This document shows, in pieces, positions 1-11,100 of a stretch of DNA of 64,000 nucleotides (its first letter is position 1; each line of letters begins with the position of its first letter). The DNA lies in assembly GCA_963663405.2 (NCBI GenBank), contig CAXXSM010000148.1, positions 1 through 64,000 of the forward strand, given 5' to 3'. A program made the position numbers and the translations under genes. Source of the DNA: a bacterium (GTDB lineage Bacteria; Hinthialibacterota; Hinthialibacteria; Hinthialibacterales; Hinthialibacteraceae). Under the pieces are notes generated by a model, which saw only the letters and a program-made list of their open reading frames with translations, was not told where the DNA came from and made no database searches.

Positions 1-1164
1 ATCGGCTCAAGCGATACACAACCGCCATGCGCAATGAAAAACCGGACCGGATACCCATCCGCCCGTTCGTTGCTGAATTCACAGCCAAATATGCGGGCTA
101 TACGTGTCAGGAAGTGACGCACGATTATGAGAAGGCGTTCGCCGCCGCCCGGAAGTGCGCTGCGGACTTTGATTGGGACGCTGTCGTGGGAAATATGGTT
201 TATGTATGGACCGCGTTGACGCAGGCCATCGGACTAAATATTACGCCACTCCTGGTATTGATATTCCCACCGAAACGGATTTCAATACCTCGAACCTCCA
301 GAAGGGGAATCGTTCATGCGGCCGGATGAATACGATGCGCTTATCGAGGATCCAACTGGATTCTTGTTCAGCGTCTGGCTTCCCCGCATCTCGAATGACG
401 TCTGTCCGATCGGCGAACCGGTGACGTACCGCAACAACCTCTCGTTCCTTAAAGGCGGGATGGCGATGCTCTCGTATTTCACTTCCTTTGGGACGCAGAA
501 TGAAAGGTTGCGAACCGAATCGGGAACTGTCTCCGCGATTGCGGGCATCCTTAAGGCGCCATTCGATATTTTGGCGGATAAATTACGCGGCTACGTTGGA
601 TTGAGCATGGATTTGTTCGAACGGCCGGAGAAAGTACTCGCCGCCTGCGAAGCATTGATGCCGCATCTGTTGCATGTCGCGCTCTCCGGCGCCGATCCGG
701 ATAAGAATGTCCCCATTTCCATCTGGATGCACAGGGGATGTGTGCCCTTTGTTTCCTTCGATCAATTTAACAATTATTATTGGCCGACGCTCAAGCCCAT
801 TATTGAAGAGATCTGGTCACGCGGCCATCAGGTTCTTTTCTACGCCGAGGGCGATTGGAATGTCCATCTCCAAAAATTCGCCGAACTGCCGGAAGGGAGC
901 ATCATCTACCACATCGATAAAGCCGATATTTTTGAAGCGCATAAACAGATCGGGCACAAATTCTGTCTCAGCGGTGGGATTCCCAACACGCTGTTGAGCT
1001 ACCGCAAGCCAAAAGATGTGCGGGAGTATTGTAAAAAAGTGATTGATGGCGTAGCCGGTGACGGTGGTTATATCATGGACGCCAGCGCCATCATTCAGAA
1101 TGACGCGAAGATCGAAAATGTGCGAGCGATGACCGATTTCACCCGTGAATATGGAGTCTATTAA
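1..1164 (+). CDS. Uroporphyrinogen decarboxylase (URO-D/MtaA-CmuA methyltransferase-like) family protein; 5'-truncated by the window edge and frameshifted
   Basis: ORF pieces 27-329, 173-424 and 316-1164 join into one protein (EKPDRIPI..., DLFERPEKVLAACE, FNNYYWPTLK, CLSGGIP...GGYIMD...AKIENVRAM). The frame is open back to the window start. Confidence 0.75.
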
Positions 1165-1305
1165 GGACGAAACAGAAAAAAGTTGAATCCTAAAATCAAT
1201 CTCTATAGATATCGCAGTTGATAGGGTTTCTTTATACAAGATATACTTGAGTTTCGTCTTGCAGAGTCTTTTACTGTCAGATCGTTAAGAGAAGGAGTCC
1301 GCCCA

Positions 1306-1476
1306 ATGTCCGAAATCAAAGTACCAACAATCAAACCTGGCGTCTGCATTCCCTGGGAGGATAAACTCAAGGAACTGCCCGAAATCAAAAGCAACGAGGA
1401 ACTCGTCCGGCAAAAATGGGAAGATATCGACGCTCTCGCTTACGTCTATATATGGCATTGCCTGGTTTCATTCTAA
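1306..1476 (+). CDS. Small 56-aa protein, not in the ORF track
   Basis: RBS AAGGAG at 1292-1297, ATG 1306, TAA 1474-1476. Translation MSEIKVPTIKPGVCIPWEDKLKELPEIKSNEELVRQKWEDIDALAYVYIWHCLVSF. Confidence 0.7.
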   Translation: MSEIKVPTIKPGVCIPWEDKLKELPEIKSNEELVRQKWEDIDALAYVYIWHCLVSF

Positions 1477-2526
1477 ACCAGCTTTCTTCCGGTTTTGCAA
1501 CCGTAGTTGTTCCCAGGCGGCGAAATCTTCCGGCGGATGAATGATTTCCGCATCTGGTATCCGCTGGAGGGAAATCGCTTCACTTGGACAGCCGGTCACG
1601 CAGACACCACATCCAATACACTTCTCCTGGTCGACAATAATCGAACCGTTTGAATGGATCGCATTCACTTGACAGCGTTCAACACAGATTTCGCATTCCT
1701 CACATTGCGCGTCATCGATCACCGCTAAATAATTGGCTTTGGCGATCGAGTTTTTAAGACCTTTCTTGTGAATGCCCAGCAAGAGTTCGCAGCAACAGCC
1801 ACAGCAATTGCAGACGTAAAAAACACCTTTGGCGATATTGCTGACCGTATGGACAAGTCCCAGATCCCTCGCTTCATCAAGAATTTGCAAGGCTTCTTCT
1901 TTTGTTGTTGATGAGGGACGCGCAGGTTTTTCCTCTGCGAAGAAAGCGAGGCAATTCTTCAGCGGGAAATCGCATCCTTTGTCCAGCAATTTCATTTTCT
2001 TGCGGCAGATGCAGTCGTTGACAAAGAACGAGACAGAATTCATCATCATCGCCTTAACGTCATCGTAAGGAAGAATCCATTCTGGATTCACCGAACCATG
2101 CGCGGGAACGACTCGTTGAAACGCGGGGCCGTATTCCATTAATCCCTCCGCTCCACCGTTGTTCATATACTCCTCAACCATATGCGCCAATTCGTGGTCA
2201 ATCGTGTTTACTTGCGCTTCATAGATTCCTACGATAAAGGGCGCCAGACGGAACGTTGGTTCTGATTTGGTTCCCCCCATCAACGCCACTCGCCGTTTTG
2301 CGAATTTCAACAATCTGATTTGTGTCTTCTTGATGGGGAGATCCGCCCGTTCCGCGATCTGTTCTGCGGATTCCATTGTTCCCTGGAGATGACTGAGTAA
2401 CTCAGCGTCTTCTGGGGAGAAAATTTTTTCAAGGATTGTTAACTCAATTTTAGATTGTGTGCGAGGAAAACCGTTCGGCAGCCGGTCTAACTGCGCCGCA
2501 AGCCGTTCATAACAAGTCTCCACCAT
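1468..2526 (-). CDS. 4Fe-4S dicluster-binding protein (N-terminal HTH-like region, C-terminal ferredoxin)
   Basis: CICR, CNCCGCCC, CEECEICVERC and CIGCGVCVTGCP motifs. Confidence 0.85.
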   Translation of the reverse strand: MVETCYERLAAQLDRLPNGFPRTQSKIELTILEKIFSPEDAELLSHLQGTMESAEQIAERADLPIKKTQIRLLKFAKRRVALMGGTKSEPTFRLAPFIVGIYEAQVNTIDHELAHMVEEYMNNGGAEGLMEYGPAFQRVVPAHGSVNPEWILPYDDVKAMMMNSVSFFVNDCICRKKMKLLDKGCDFPLKNCLAFFAEEKPARPSSTTKEEALQILDEARDLGLVHTVSNIAKGVFYVCNCCGCCCELLLGIHKKGLKNSIAKANYLAVIDDAQCEECEICVERCQVNAIHSNGSIIVDQEKCIGCGVCVTGCPSEAISLQRIPDAEIIHPPEDFAAWEQLRLQNRKKAGLE

Positions 2527-2750
2527 TCTTTTTTCCTTTGTATATTGAGTAACTTTCAGTACTATTTCCGAATGAATTTACCCGCTATTTTAAATCTTGT
2601 GATATAGTGTAAAAAGGCAATCATTCGATTCTGGATTTGAATTTAATAACTGTACTTCAATATTTATTTGTTCATTCACCGCCCCTAAAGAATTGCGAAT
2701 AGGCTAAAATTAATAGTAGGACAAGAAATGGATTCTATGCGGTGTGATTA

Positions 2751-5700
2751 ATGTTATCGTCTTTTTCCATTAAAAAAACGCGAGAGACAATCATGAGTGG
2801 GTATATACTGGATTCCATATCATCTTCCCGGTGGCTCCTCGCGGTCATACTGTGCGCTTTTGTTCTGATTGGCGCTATCCATGATGGATTAGCCCAAAAT
2901 GTCGATGTGGATCCGATAATCGATGATGATATTGTAATTGTCCCTGGCGCGCCGACAGCCACTCCGACACAGCGCGGAATTATTATCGCCCCAACGCGTA
3001 TCATTAAACGCACATCCACGCCAACGCCTACGAATACTCCCACACCCGTTCCGGCCCGATTGATTCTCGCCGGTCATCGAATTGTATGGGATCAGATGCC
3101 CGGTCTGATCGATTCCGGTGACGGTGTCATCAATCCTGGTGAAACCATCGGTATTGCGGTTCGTTTAACGAACCAAACGAACACGCCGATCGAGAACTTG
3201 CGCTTAAGCCTCTATACATCGGATTCCAACGTTACCCTTGTGAGCGATCTATTGTATTGGGACCGGATCGGACCAGGGGAAACGGTGGAATCGATCAACA
3301 GTGTAGAGGCTGAGATCTCTCCCTCCATAGATTTTTTTACATCCATTGCGTTTTATCTCACAACATATGGCGGTGTAGCGGTTTCCTCAATTGGTTCGTT
3401 TGAACTGTGTGTTCTTCCATCGATCAATATAGGCCCACAGAGCGGGAATGGTCTCGGTCCCGCCGGGATTGCGTTCGTTCCAGAAACCAGCCGGTTGTAT
3501 GTCACCAATTCTCTCAGCGGCAATGTCTCTGTAGTGACCCGCAGGGTCTCCGCCAGTATTCCAACGGATCCTGATCCCGGCCCGATTCTCTATGATTCAC
3601 AATCTCAACGCCTTTATGTAGGTCATACCAGCGCGCCGCGGATCACGATAATCGATCCATTGCAGGACGCTGTGATTCAAACGATTGATATCCCCGATGC
3701 GGATAGCGTTGACGATCTCGCCATTTCTAAGAAAAAGAACTTTCTTTTCGTGGCTCATAAAGAAAAGGGCCGGATTTCTATCCTCGATTTAAATACATAC
3801 GAATTACTGACTGTGATGAATGATTTTTCGCGAGTCTCTTCCATCGTGTTTCTAGAATCTCGCTCCATTCTGGCTGTGTTGGACGCGGAAACGGATCTTC
3901 TTGCGCTGGTCTATTTGGAAAAAGAAGAAATACGATGGGTTCCGGTTGAGGGAGAAATCGGGGGAGATACGCTGCTGGCGGATGATCAAAACGGCGTGAT
4001 CTATTTCGGGGGACAACAAAAAGAGCGTGAAGGGATTTATAAAGTCTCTATCCCCAATGAGACGATCGGATTTATTAGCGCCGATCGATTCGATTCTCGA
4101 AAGGTCAATGGATTGGCTTTGGACGCGGAAACGAATCGTCTCTTTGTTAGTTTGGTTGAAACGTCCGGTGATTCGGTCAATCTTGCGGCAGTCGACCCGG
4201 AAACCGGCTCCATTCTGGAACTCACGAAATCCACGAGGCGTTTTACGTCTCTTTTCTCACTGCCTCCTGCCAGCGCTGAACGTCTTTACGCGCTCGATTC
4301 ATACGAACACCGCTTGGCTGTCTTTGACCGAAATACGATTGAGGAGCCGATTGACACGATTACGCTGGGTAACACTCCCTATCAAGCCGTTGCTGATGCG
4401 GCGCAGGGGCGGGTGTATGTTACGCATCATGATACGACTTTGCTGACTTCCATCGATACGGTATCTATGCGGTTACTGGAGACGCTTGATGTGAACCAGC
4501 GGTTGGGCGGAATCGATTTTGACTCGAACGCGAATTTGGCGTATGCGGCCCAGCGGGATAAGGGCAGCGTGCTGGAATTGGCGGTGGAGGGCGCGTTGCG
4601 CCCTATCCGGCGCTTTGAAGTTGGAAATGATCCAACCGCCATCGCTGTTGATTCGATCCATAAACGGATTATCGCTATCTGCCCATTCAGCGATCGAGTG
4701 TATCTAATTGACCGGGGGAGTGACAGGGATTCTTCCGTTCTGCCGATTGAGGCCGGTCATCGGCCGATTGGCGCTGCTGTGAATGAGAATGATGGTCTAT
4801 TTTATGTCATCACACAAGGTTCATTAGACGAGGGTTTACCATCAGAATTGATAGCGTTCGATATACAAAAAGGAACAATTATCAGCAGGATTCAGTTGGA
4901 TAGTAAGAATCCCCCTGCCTCTATCGCATTCGATTCAAGAACCAATCGAATCTTTGTAAGTTTCTATGCCGCGCATGAAGTGTGGATATTCAATCCTTTT
5001 AGCGCAGGGATCGCCGATAACTCTCACCAGACGCTCTCGATCGGTGAATCCGCTGGATCAGTGGCAGTCGATTCAAAACGGCGCCGTTTGTATGTTCTTA
5101 TGCCTGAAGTGAATCAAATGCGCGTTTTCGATCTCGATCAATTGAATCCAATCCGTGACGCTGATGTGGGCCGTTACCCCAGCGGACTCGCGGTGGATGA
5201 AGAATCGGCTCGTGTCTACGTCACCGCTCTCGTGGGAGGCGCGCTTTGTGTCTATCAAGATCAAGGAAGTGTCGATACCACATTTCCGGCGCCATCGTGG
5301 ATCGTCGCAAGAGCCGGTGATTCTCAAGTCCATGTAACATGGGCGTCTGTGCAGGATGCGGTTGGATACATTGTTGAACGTTCCCGGACTGGGCTCACGA
5401 GTTTTGTTTCCCTCACTTCGCGTCAGATCAGTGTGGATTCCACGGATTACATCGATACAGATGTGAAAAACGGATTAGAATATCGATACCAAGTCAAGGC
5501 CGTAGGGCCGGGAAAAGTGATTAGTGAAGCGGTCATAAGCGATCCTGTGACGCCTCAAATTGAGGAGAGCACGCTTCTTGTGATCGATCGTCAGAAAACC
5601 CATGTCCGGGTATTCCCGGGAGAAACTGGGCAATTTTCAATTTCACTGAACGCTAAGTTGGGATTTTCAGATACGCTTGACTTTGAATTAACCTGCAAAG

Positions 5701-7424
5701 ATTATAAGAACTGTGAGGATCATCCTCGCATTGATTCTGTTCGAATCAGCTCACCCAATACCCGTTTGGCGCCTACGATCAATATCCCGTCAATTTCTGA
5801 TATTGTACTCAATATTCAAACAACATCGGATCTCATTACCATATATGTAACGGTGGCAAATACCCCGCGAACCTATGAAATGATCCCCCTTCAATTGATC
5901 GTATCGAGTGGCCGGGTGGAGGATCGTATTCCCCTGTTGCTTGAGATCATTCCACCACCCTCGGCGGCGATTAGCAATATCAATTTAATTCGTGAGAATT
6001 TAATACTTAAAAAGGACGAACGAATCCTCCCCATTTCCATAACAACGGATTGGGCGCCCGGTGGTATGATAGGGAGAGTCGTAACGATAAATGGAGAATT
6101 GAACGCGCCGGTGAGTGATACGGCGATCGATCTCGTCATTCACAAACCGGATGGGCAGGAATTGAACTTGCGAGGGGTGTTGCTTGAGGACCGTCAATTC
6201 GCCGCGTCTCTACCCATTTTGAACGCTGGGGATGAGGGAATCTGGAAAGCCGAAGCGTCATTTGGTGGGAATGATCTTGTCTCCGCTGGACAAAGCGCTG
6301 TATATCATTTGCCCGTCCAATCCGGCGCCGGAGGACGGAAACTTACAGCCAACGTTGTTCGTCCGCAGGCTGCCGAATCAGAGTTTATCCTAGGTAAGGC
6401 TCTAATCGCGTCAGGACCGCCAAGTACGCTGCGGTCTCGTGAGTTTACACTTACATTTATGGAAAGAATCGGCGCGCTCCTGATGGAACGGCGTTTTCCT
6501 CAGGACGCCATGCGGCTCTTTAGCGCGGCGGATGATTCGGGTGTCATGGAAACGCCGGCGCTGGGGAATCTGCTGCAAGCGATCGAAGAATCCGCCGGAG
6601 CGGATTATCTGATTCTTTATTTGATGGCTGATGTAAATTCGAATGGTCAGTTGATTCTCAATGAGACGGAAACTCTCCCGCCGGATACGTTCAACGCCAC
6701 ACTGACCGCTGCGCATGGGACGAAACCGGCGCTGATTGTGCTGGACGGTTACCGGGCGAACGCCTTCATTGAACAGTTAGACACAGCGGGACGGGTATTG
6801 ATCGCCTCCACTGGATCGGGGGAGATGAATATCGCTATCTTTGGTGAATTCATCGATGGAACGCAACTCAGTTTCTCGAATTTCTTGTTTGACGCGATCG
6901 ATTTAGGCAATTCCGTCGAAGATAGTTTCGCCTTGGCAATGGATCAGATTGTGGCGTTGCAGGGACCGTTTGTGGTCCAGGCGCCCCGCTTGTATGTGGG
7001 AGATGAGGCGCTAGCCGATTTACCGGTCGGCAGCGCAGTGGATAAGCCTTTGGAAGAATTGAGTGACCGGATTCCACCCGTGATCACTGAACTGAATACA
7101 ACAGGAAGTTTGGAAACTTCGCAAGATTCACTGCTTTTACAAGTTGAGGTGTCAGACAACCGCGAAGCGCAATCGGTCACTGTCATACTGGGGGAAACCG
7201 GCGCCGGGAACGAAAAAGTCATTCCCTTGATTAAAGGGGAGGGCCCAGGACTCTTCTCGTTGAATCTGACTCCCGCCGATCTGCCTCCAATGGCGCCGGA
7301 TCAAGACATCATCCCCGCCGCGATCATCGCCGCCGATACAAGCGGCAATCTTTCTGAACCGGCGCTGATCTCAATCTCAGTTGGTGAAGGATTAACATGG
7401 ATCATGAATTGGATGGAGATGTAG
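2751..7424 (+). CDS. Large secreted protein: Pro/Thr linker, YVTN-type beta-propellers, FN3/Ig-like domains, degenerate caspase/C13-like domain
   Basis: Hydrophobic signal region (LLAVILCAFVLIGA), PTPTNTPTP linker, repeated P.gia.d...RLYVT motifs, FN3-like VHVTW...GYIVERS...YRYQVKAV. Ends WIMNWMEM. True start may be 2792. Confidence 0.75.
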   Translation: MLSSFSIKKTRETIMSGYILDSISSSRWLLAVILCAFVLIGAIHDGLAQNVDVDPIIDDDIVIVPGAPTATPTQRGIIIAPTRIIKRTSTPTPTNTPTPVPARLILAGHRIVWDQMPGLIDSGDGVINPGETIGIAVRLTNQTNTPIENLRLSLYTSDSNVTLVSDLLYWDRIGPGETVESINSVEAEISPSIDFFTSIAFYLTTYGGVAVSSIGSFELCVLPSINIGPQSGNGLGPAGIAFVPETSRLYVTNSLSGNVSVVTRRVSASIPTDPDPGPILYDSQSQRLYVGHTSAPRITIIDPLQDAVIQTIDIPDADSVDDLAISKKKNFLFVAHKEKGRISILDLNTYELLTVMNDFSRVSSIVFLESRSILAVLDAETDLLALVYLEKEEIRWVPVEGEIGGDTLLADDQNGVIYFGGQQKEREGIYKVSIPNETIGFISADRFDSRKVNGLALDAETNRLFVSLVETSGDSVNLAAVDPETGSILELTKSTRRFTSLFSLPPASAERLYALDSYEHRLAVFDRNTIEEPIDTITLGNTPYQAVADAAQGRVYVTHHDTTLLTSIDTVSMRLLETLDVNQRLGGIDFDSNANLAYAAQRDKGSVLELAVEGALRPIRRFEVGNDPTAIAVDSIHKRIIAICPFSDRVYLIDRGSDRDSSVLPIEAGHRPIGAAVNENDGLFYVITQGSLDEGLPSELIAFDIQKGTIISRIQLDSKNPPASIAFDSRTNRIFVSFYAAHEVWIFNPFSAGIADNSHQTLSIGESAGSVAVDSKRRRLYVLMPEVNQMRVFDLDQLNPIRDADVGRYPSGLAVDEESARVYVTALVGGALCVYQDQGSVDTTFPAPSWIVARAGDSQVHVTWASVQDAVGYIVERSRTGLTSFVSLTSRQISVDSTDYIDTDVKNGLEYRYQVKAVGPGKVISEAVISDPVTPQIEESTLLVIDRQKTHVRVFPGETGQFSISLNAKLGFSDTLDFELTCKDYKNCEDHPRIDSVRISSPNTRLAPTINIPSISDIVLNIQTTSDLITIYVTVANTPRTYEMIPLQLIVSSGRVEDRIPLLLEIIPPPSAAISNINLIRENLILKKDERILPISITTDWAPGGMIGRVVTINGELNAPVSDTAIDLVIHKPDGQELNLRGVLLEDRQFAASLPILNAGDEGIWKAEASFGGNDLVSAGQSAVYHLPVQSGAGGRKLTANVVRPQAAESEFILGKALIASGPPSTLRSREFTLTFMERIGALLMERRFPQDAMRLFSAADDSGVMETPALGNLLQAIEESAGADYLILYLMADVNSNGQLILNETETLPPDTFNATLTAAHGTKPALIVLDGYRANAFIEQLDTAGRVLIASTGSGEMNIAIFGEFIDGTQLSFSNFLFDAIDLGNSVEDSFALAMDQIVALQGPFVVQAPRLYVGDEALADLPVGSAVDKPLEELSDRIPPVITELNTTGSLETSQDSLLLQVEVSDNREAQSVTVILGETGAGNEKVIPLIKGEGPGLFSLNLTPADLPPMAPDQDIIPAAIIAADTSGNLSEPALISISVGEGLTWIMNWMEM

Positions 7425-7599
7425 ACTTGCACAATTTTGTATGTTATGCCTTGAAAAATTAGTGAATTGTTGTATTATTTTTTTGTCAAGAAATAATACA
7501 TTTAAATTTGAATACAGTGACAAAATGTAATGTAATTAAAGGGGATTCCGTTATTTATCATTCCCAACATTTACAATTCTGTGTTCCCTATTTTACAAA

Positions 7600-7648
7600 A
7601 TGAGTATTTACAACTTGGTAAAGCATCGTTCTTATCTATCTATTTTGT
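7600..7648 (+). pseudogene. Detached 5' end (signal peptide n-region) of the sensor kinase, cut off by the MITE
   Basis: MSIYNLVKHRSYLSIL joins in frame to WIVLFTNTAGIVWA-DDR once the MITE and one TSD copy are removed. Confidence 0.8.
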
Positions 7649-8149
7649 GGTTCATCCGGAAATTGGGCACATCGATTGAATTTTTAATAAAAAGTGTAAT
7701 CGAAAGCCCTATGGATCGTGACGTGTCTGTGGACAAATCTATCGATATTGCCCACAGCCACTTGGATAACGATAAAGCCGTTATCCACACGCTCCACAGT
7801 TATACGGATAATACCAATTCTATTTTTTTCTTTGTTAATAACTGATTGAATATTCTATACTTAAGAATCTTGAAAAACTTGCTAAGATTTAAAGAAATCC
7901 TTGTATTGATCATTTTAAAAAACAGATTGCAAAACACCCAATAATCAATATTCCGATAGTCTATTCAAAGATTAGATAATCATAGAATAAGATACACAAA
8001 TATTTGACAGATTACTTTTGACATTTAACAGATCACGGAGTATCGATGCTTTTTTCCTAGGAAATTTGAGGTATCACAATGATAAAACTTACAAAAAATG
8101 GTGAAATTTCCTAAGAAAAAACGCAATGCGCCCAATTTCCGGATGAGCC
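7649..8149. mobile_element. 501-bp MITE (non-autonomous IS derivative)
   Basis: 24-bp terminal inverted repeats GGTTCATCCGGAAATTGGGCACAT (7649-7672) and ATGCGCCCAATTTCCGGATGAGCC (8126-8149), 2 mismatches. 8-bp target duplication TATTTTGT at 7641-7648 and 8150-8157. No transposase ORF. Confidence 0.9.
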
Positions 8150-8153
8150 TATT

Positions 8154-11100
8154 TTGTGGATTGTTCTTTTCACAAATACTGCTGGAATTGTATGGGCTGA
8201 TGATCGGTTGTTTTTCCGGTATTGGGATTTTACGGATGGATTGGGGGAATCGTACGTCTCTAATCTTTCTGTGGACGCATCAGGATCGATTTGGGTGAAT
8301 CACGGGGATGTCACCCGTATGAGTTGGTTCGACGGGTATCACATTCACAATATAAAAAGTCCTGGTTCCGATGTAAAAGTCTATCATTCTCTCTCCGGCC
8401 AAATCTGGTCGATTTCTACAGAAGGATTGCTCGAATATAAAAATGAGGAGTGGATTCTTCATCCAAAAGACGATTCTGTAGATCAAGATTACGGTTTTTC
8501 GAGAACCTCTTTTTTTCCTATCCAGGAAGATCGGATCTTGTATCTTCTCCCCACGAAATTGATGGAATATGACGCTGGGAGGAAGCAAGCGAAAATTCTT
8601 TTCCCAGTGAGAAATACAAAACTTGGCCGTTTTAGACATTTCAGTCCAGCAAGAGATGGAGGTTTATGGATTACAGGTGAAAAAGGGATTGCGAAAATTT
8701 ATCCAAAGGACGACCGTTATCTTCCGGAATCGAAATGGGATGAATTCCTTCCGCCGGACGAACTTGGACTTTCAAATTTTCAACTTCCATACGAAGACTG
8801 GGAAGGAAATCTGAATACAATTGCTGTTGAAGAAATATCTCGAAAGCGAGTGTTAACTCGTTTTGACGGTCAATCGATTTCTGTTCAATATTCCAGCGAT
8901 GAAGACATCATCCGGGGGTGGAATGATATTGATGATGGATTGTGGTTAGTCAAATATCCCTCTCAAAATATTTCGCGCAAGAGAACCAATCAAACCGAAA
9001 AACGGATTGAAGAAGATGACCTTTCTGGGACTATTCATGATGTAGCGCTGGAAGTGGATGGCGCGTTCTGGCTTGGGACGTCACAGAATCTCGTTCGTTA
9101 TGCGCCTCCATTATGGAGAACTCCACCGGAAATCGAGAACGTTCAATCTCCCGTTCACGCCATCCATGAAGATAACAACGGCCGGCTCTGGTTCGCTTGC
9201 ACCTCCAGTCTTGTTCTATTTGATAAAGGTCAGTGGAAAGAATATCCATTTCCAGATGATAGCCGGAGCAGTTACAATAGCACGCAAAGCCTTTGTTCGT
9301 TACCCGATGGGCGTCTCGCCATACAAACACGAAAACGCAGAAGAGAATTACTCATTTTCAATCCTCAGCAAGAGAAATTCGATATTATCGCGCATACCCC
9401 AAACCGGAAGATACGACATATCGCTGCCCGGCCAGATGGCGGTTTGCTGCTGCAGACAGGGGATGAAGAAGATTTTCGATTGGAGACGTTTGATGGAACG
9501 GATTTCAACGTTTTATTAGACAGCAGCACTCCCTGGGGATTCACCCACATCCGCTACCTCTATGAGAAAAAGAATGGCGATCTCCTAATTGGAGGAACGG
9601 ATGGACTCGCGCTGTATCGAAATGGCGCCTATAGAGTGTTGCCTATCGATCGGGACAATGGGGCTTTCTGTATCGAAGAAACCGCTGATGGGACCATCTG
9701 GATTGGCGGCCGGGATAAAATCGTAGCGATACAAGATGAGGGCTTTTCCATTGTCTGGGGTGGGATCGATAAAGCGCGTTCTATGATCGCCACTCAAAAC
9801 AAGGATGTTTGGGTAGCGGCGGGTAATGGGCTCCATTGGTACCGGGATGGTTCATGGATTACCCATACAAAATATGAAGGGCTTCCCTCAACAATTACCT
9901 ACACCGTGTTTGAAGACAGCCAGGGCCGTTTATGGGCAGGCACAGCGCGAGGGATCAGTCTTTACCATCCCAACGCGGATTCCGATCCTCCTGAAACTGT
10001 GATTGATCCCAACAAAAACCTGTCTGAAATCTCTTCCCGTGGTGAGGATCGTCTTGTCTATGAGGGGATTGATAAATGGAAATTTACACAAAAAGAACGG
10101 CTTCTGTTTTCGTACCGCTTAGATGATGGGGAGTGGAGCCTATTTCAAAATGAAGCGGATACATCGTTACGTGAGTTACGTCCCGGTTCTCATCTGTTTG
10201 AAGTCCGTACGATGGATTTAAACCGGAACATCGATCCGACCCCGGCGTCATTTCAATTTGTTGTTTTATTGCCCTGGTATAAGGAACCGGTTTTTTTACT
10301 TCTTTCCAGTACCAGTTGTCTGACGATTCTTTTTTTAATCGGACTCGCTATTTCCCGTCATATGCGTTTGAAAAAACGCACGGTTGATCTCGACTCCGCT
10401 TATCAATCGTTGAAAGAGGAGAATACAAAGCGGATTCAGGCGGAAAACGAACGAAAAGGTCTGGAAGCGCAATACCTCCAATCCCAAAAAATGGAAGTTG
10501 TAGGACAATTGGCAGGCGGTGTCGCGCATGATTTTAACAATCTGCTTACGATTATCCTTGGTAATTTAGCGTTGGCTACACGGCAGACGGCCGGCAAAAT
10601 TCTCACCAATCTTACGAACGCGCAAACAGCCGCGAAAACCGCGGCGAAGTTGGTCCAACAACTCCTGGCTTTCAGCCGTAAAACTGAGTTCAAATTGGAA
10701 CCGGTTCCGATCAATTCACTGATTGAAGACATTTATAAACTGACGAAGCAGGTTACCGATCAGAAGATTGAGATTGTAATGCGCGCAATGGATGACGCTC
10801 CCATGATTCTCGCTGACGCCCGGCAAATCAAATCGGCTCTCATGAATCTCTGTGTGAATGCCCGGGACGCGATCGAGGAAGCGATAGTCAAGGATCCATC
10901 TTATATTCCAGAAGAAGGCCGGTTTCAAATTACACTTGAAACCGATCGAGTGGAAATCGACGCGGAGTACTGCAAACAATATTCCTATGCGCAACCAGGA
11001 TCGTATGCGCTTCTCTCCGTCTCGGATAATGGAATAGGGATGGATCAAGACACTTTACGCCACATTTTTGAACCGTTCTTTTCAACGAAGGAAGTCGGCA

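Noticed and set aside
7700-7850. oriC, because of a perfect DnaA box
   Set aside because: It lies inside a TIR/TSD-bounded MITE that interrupts a gene.
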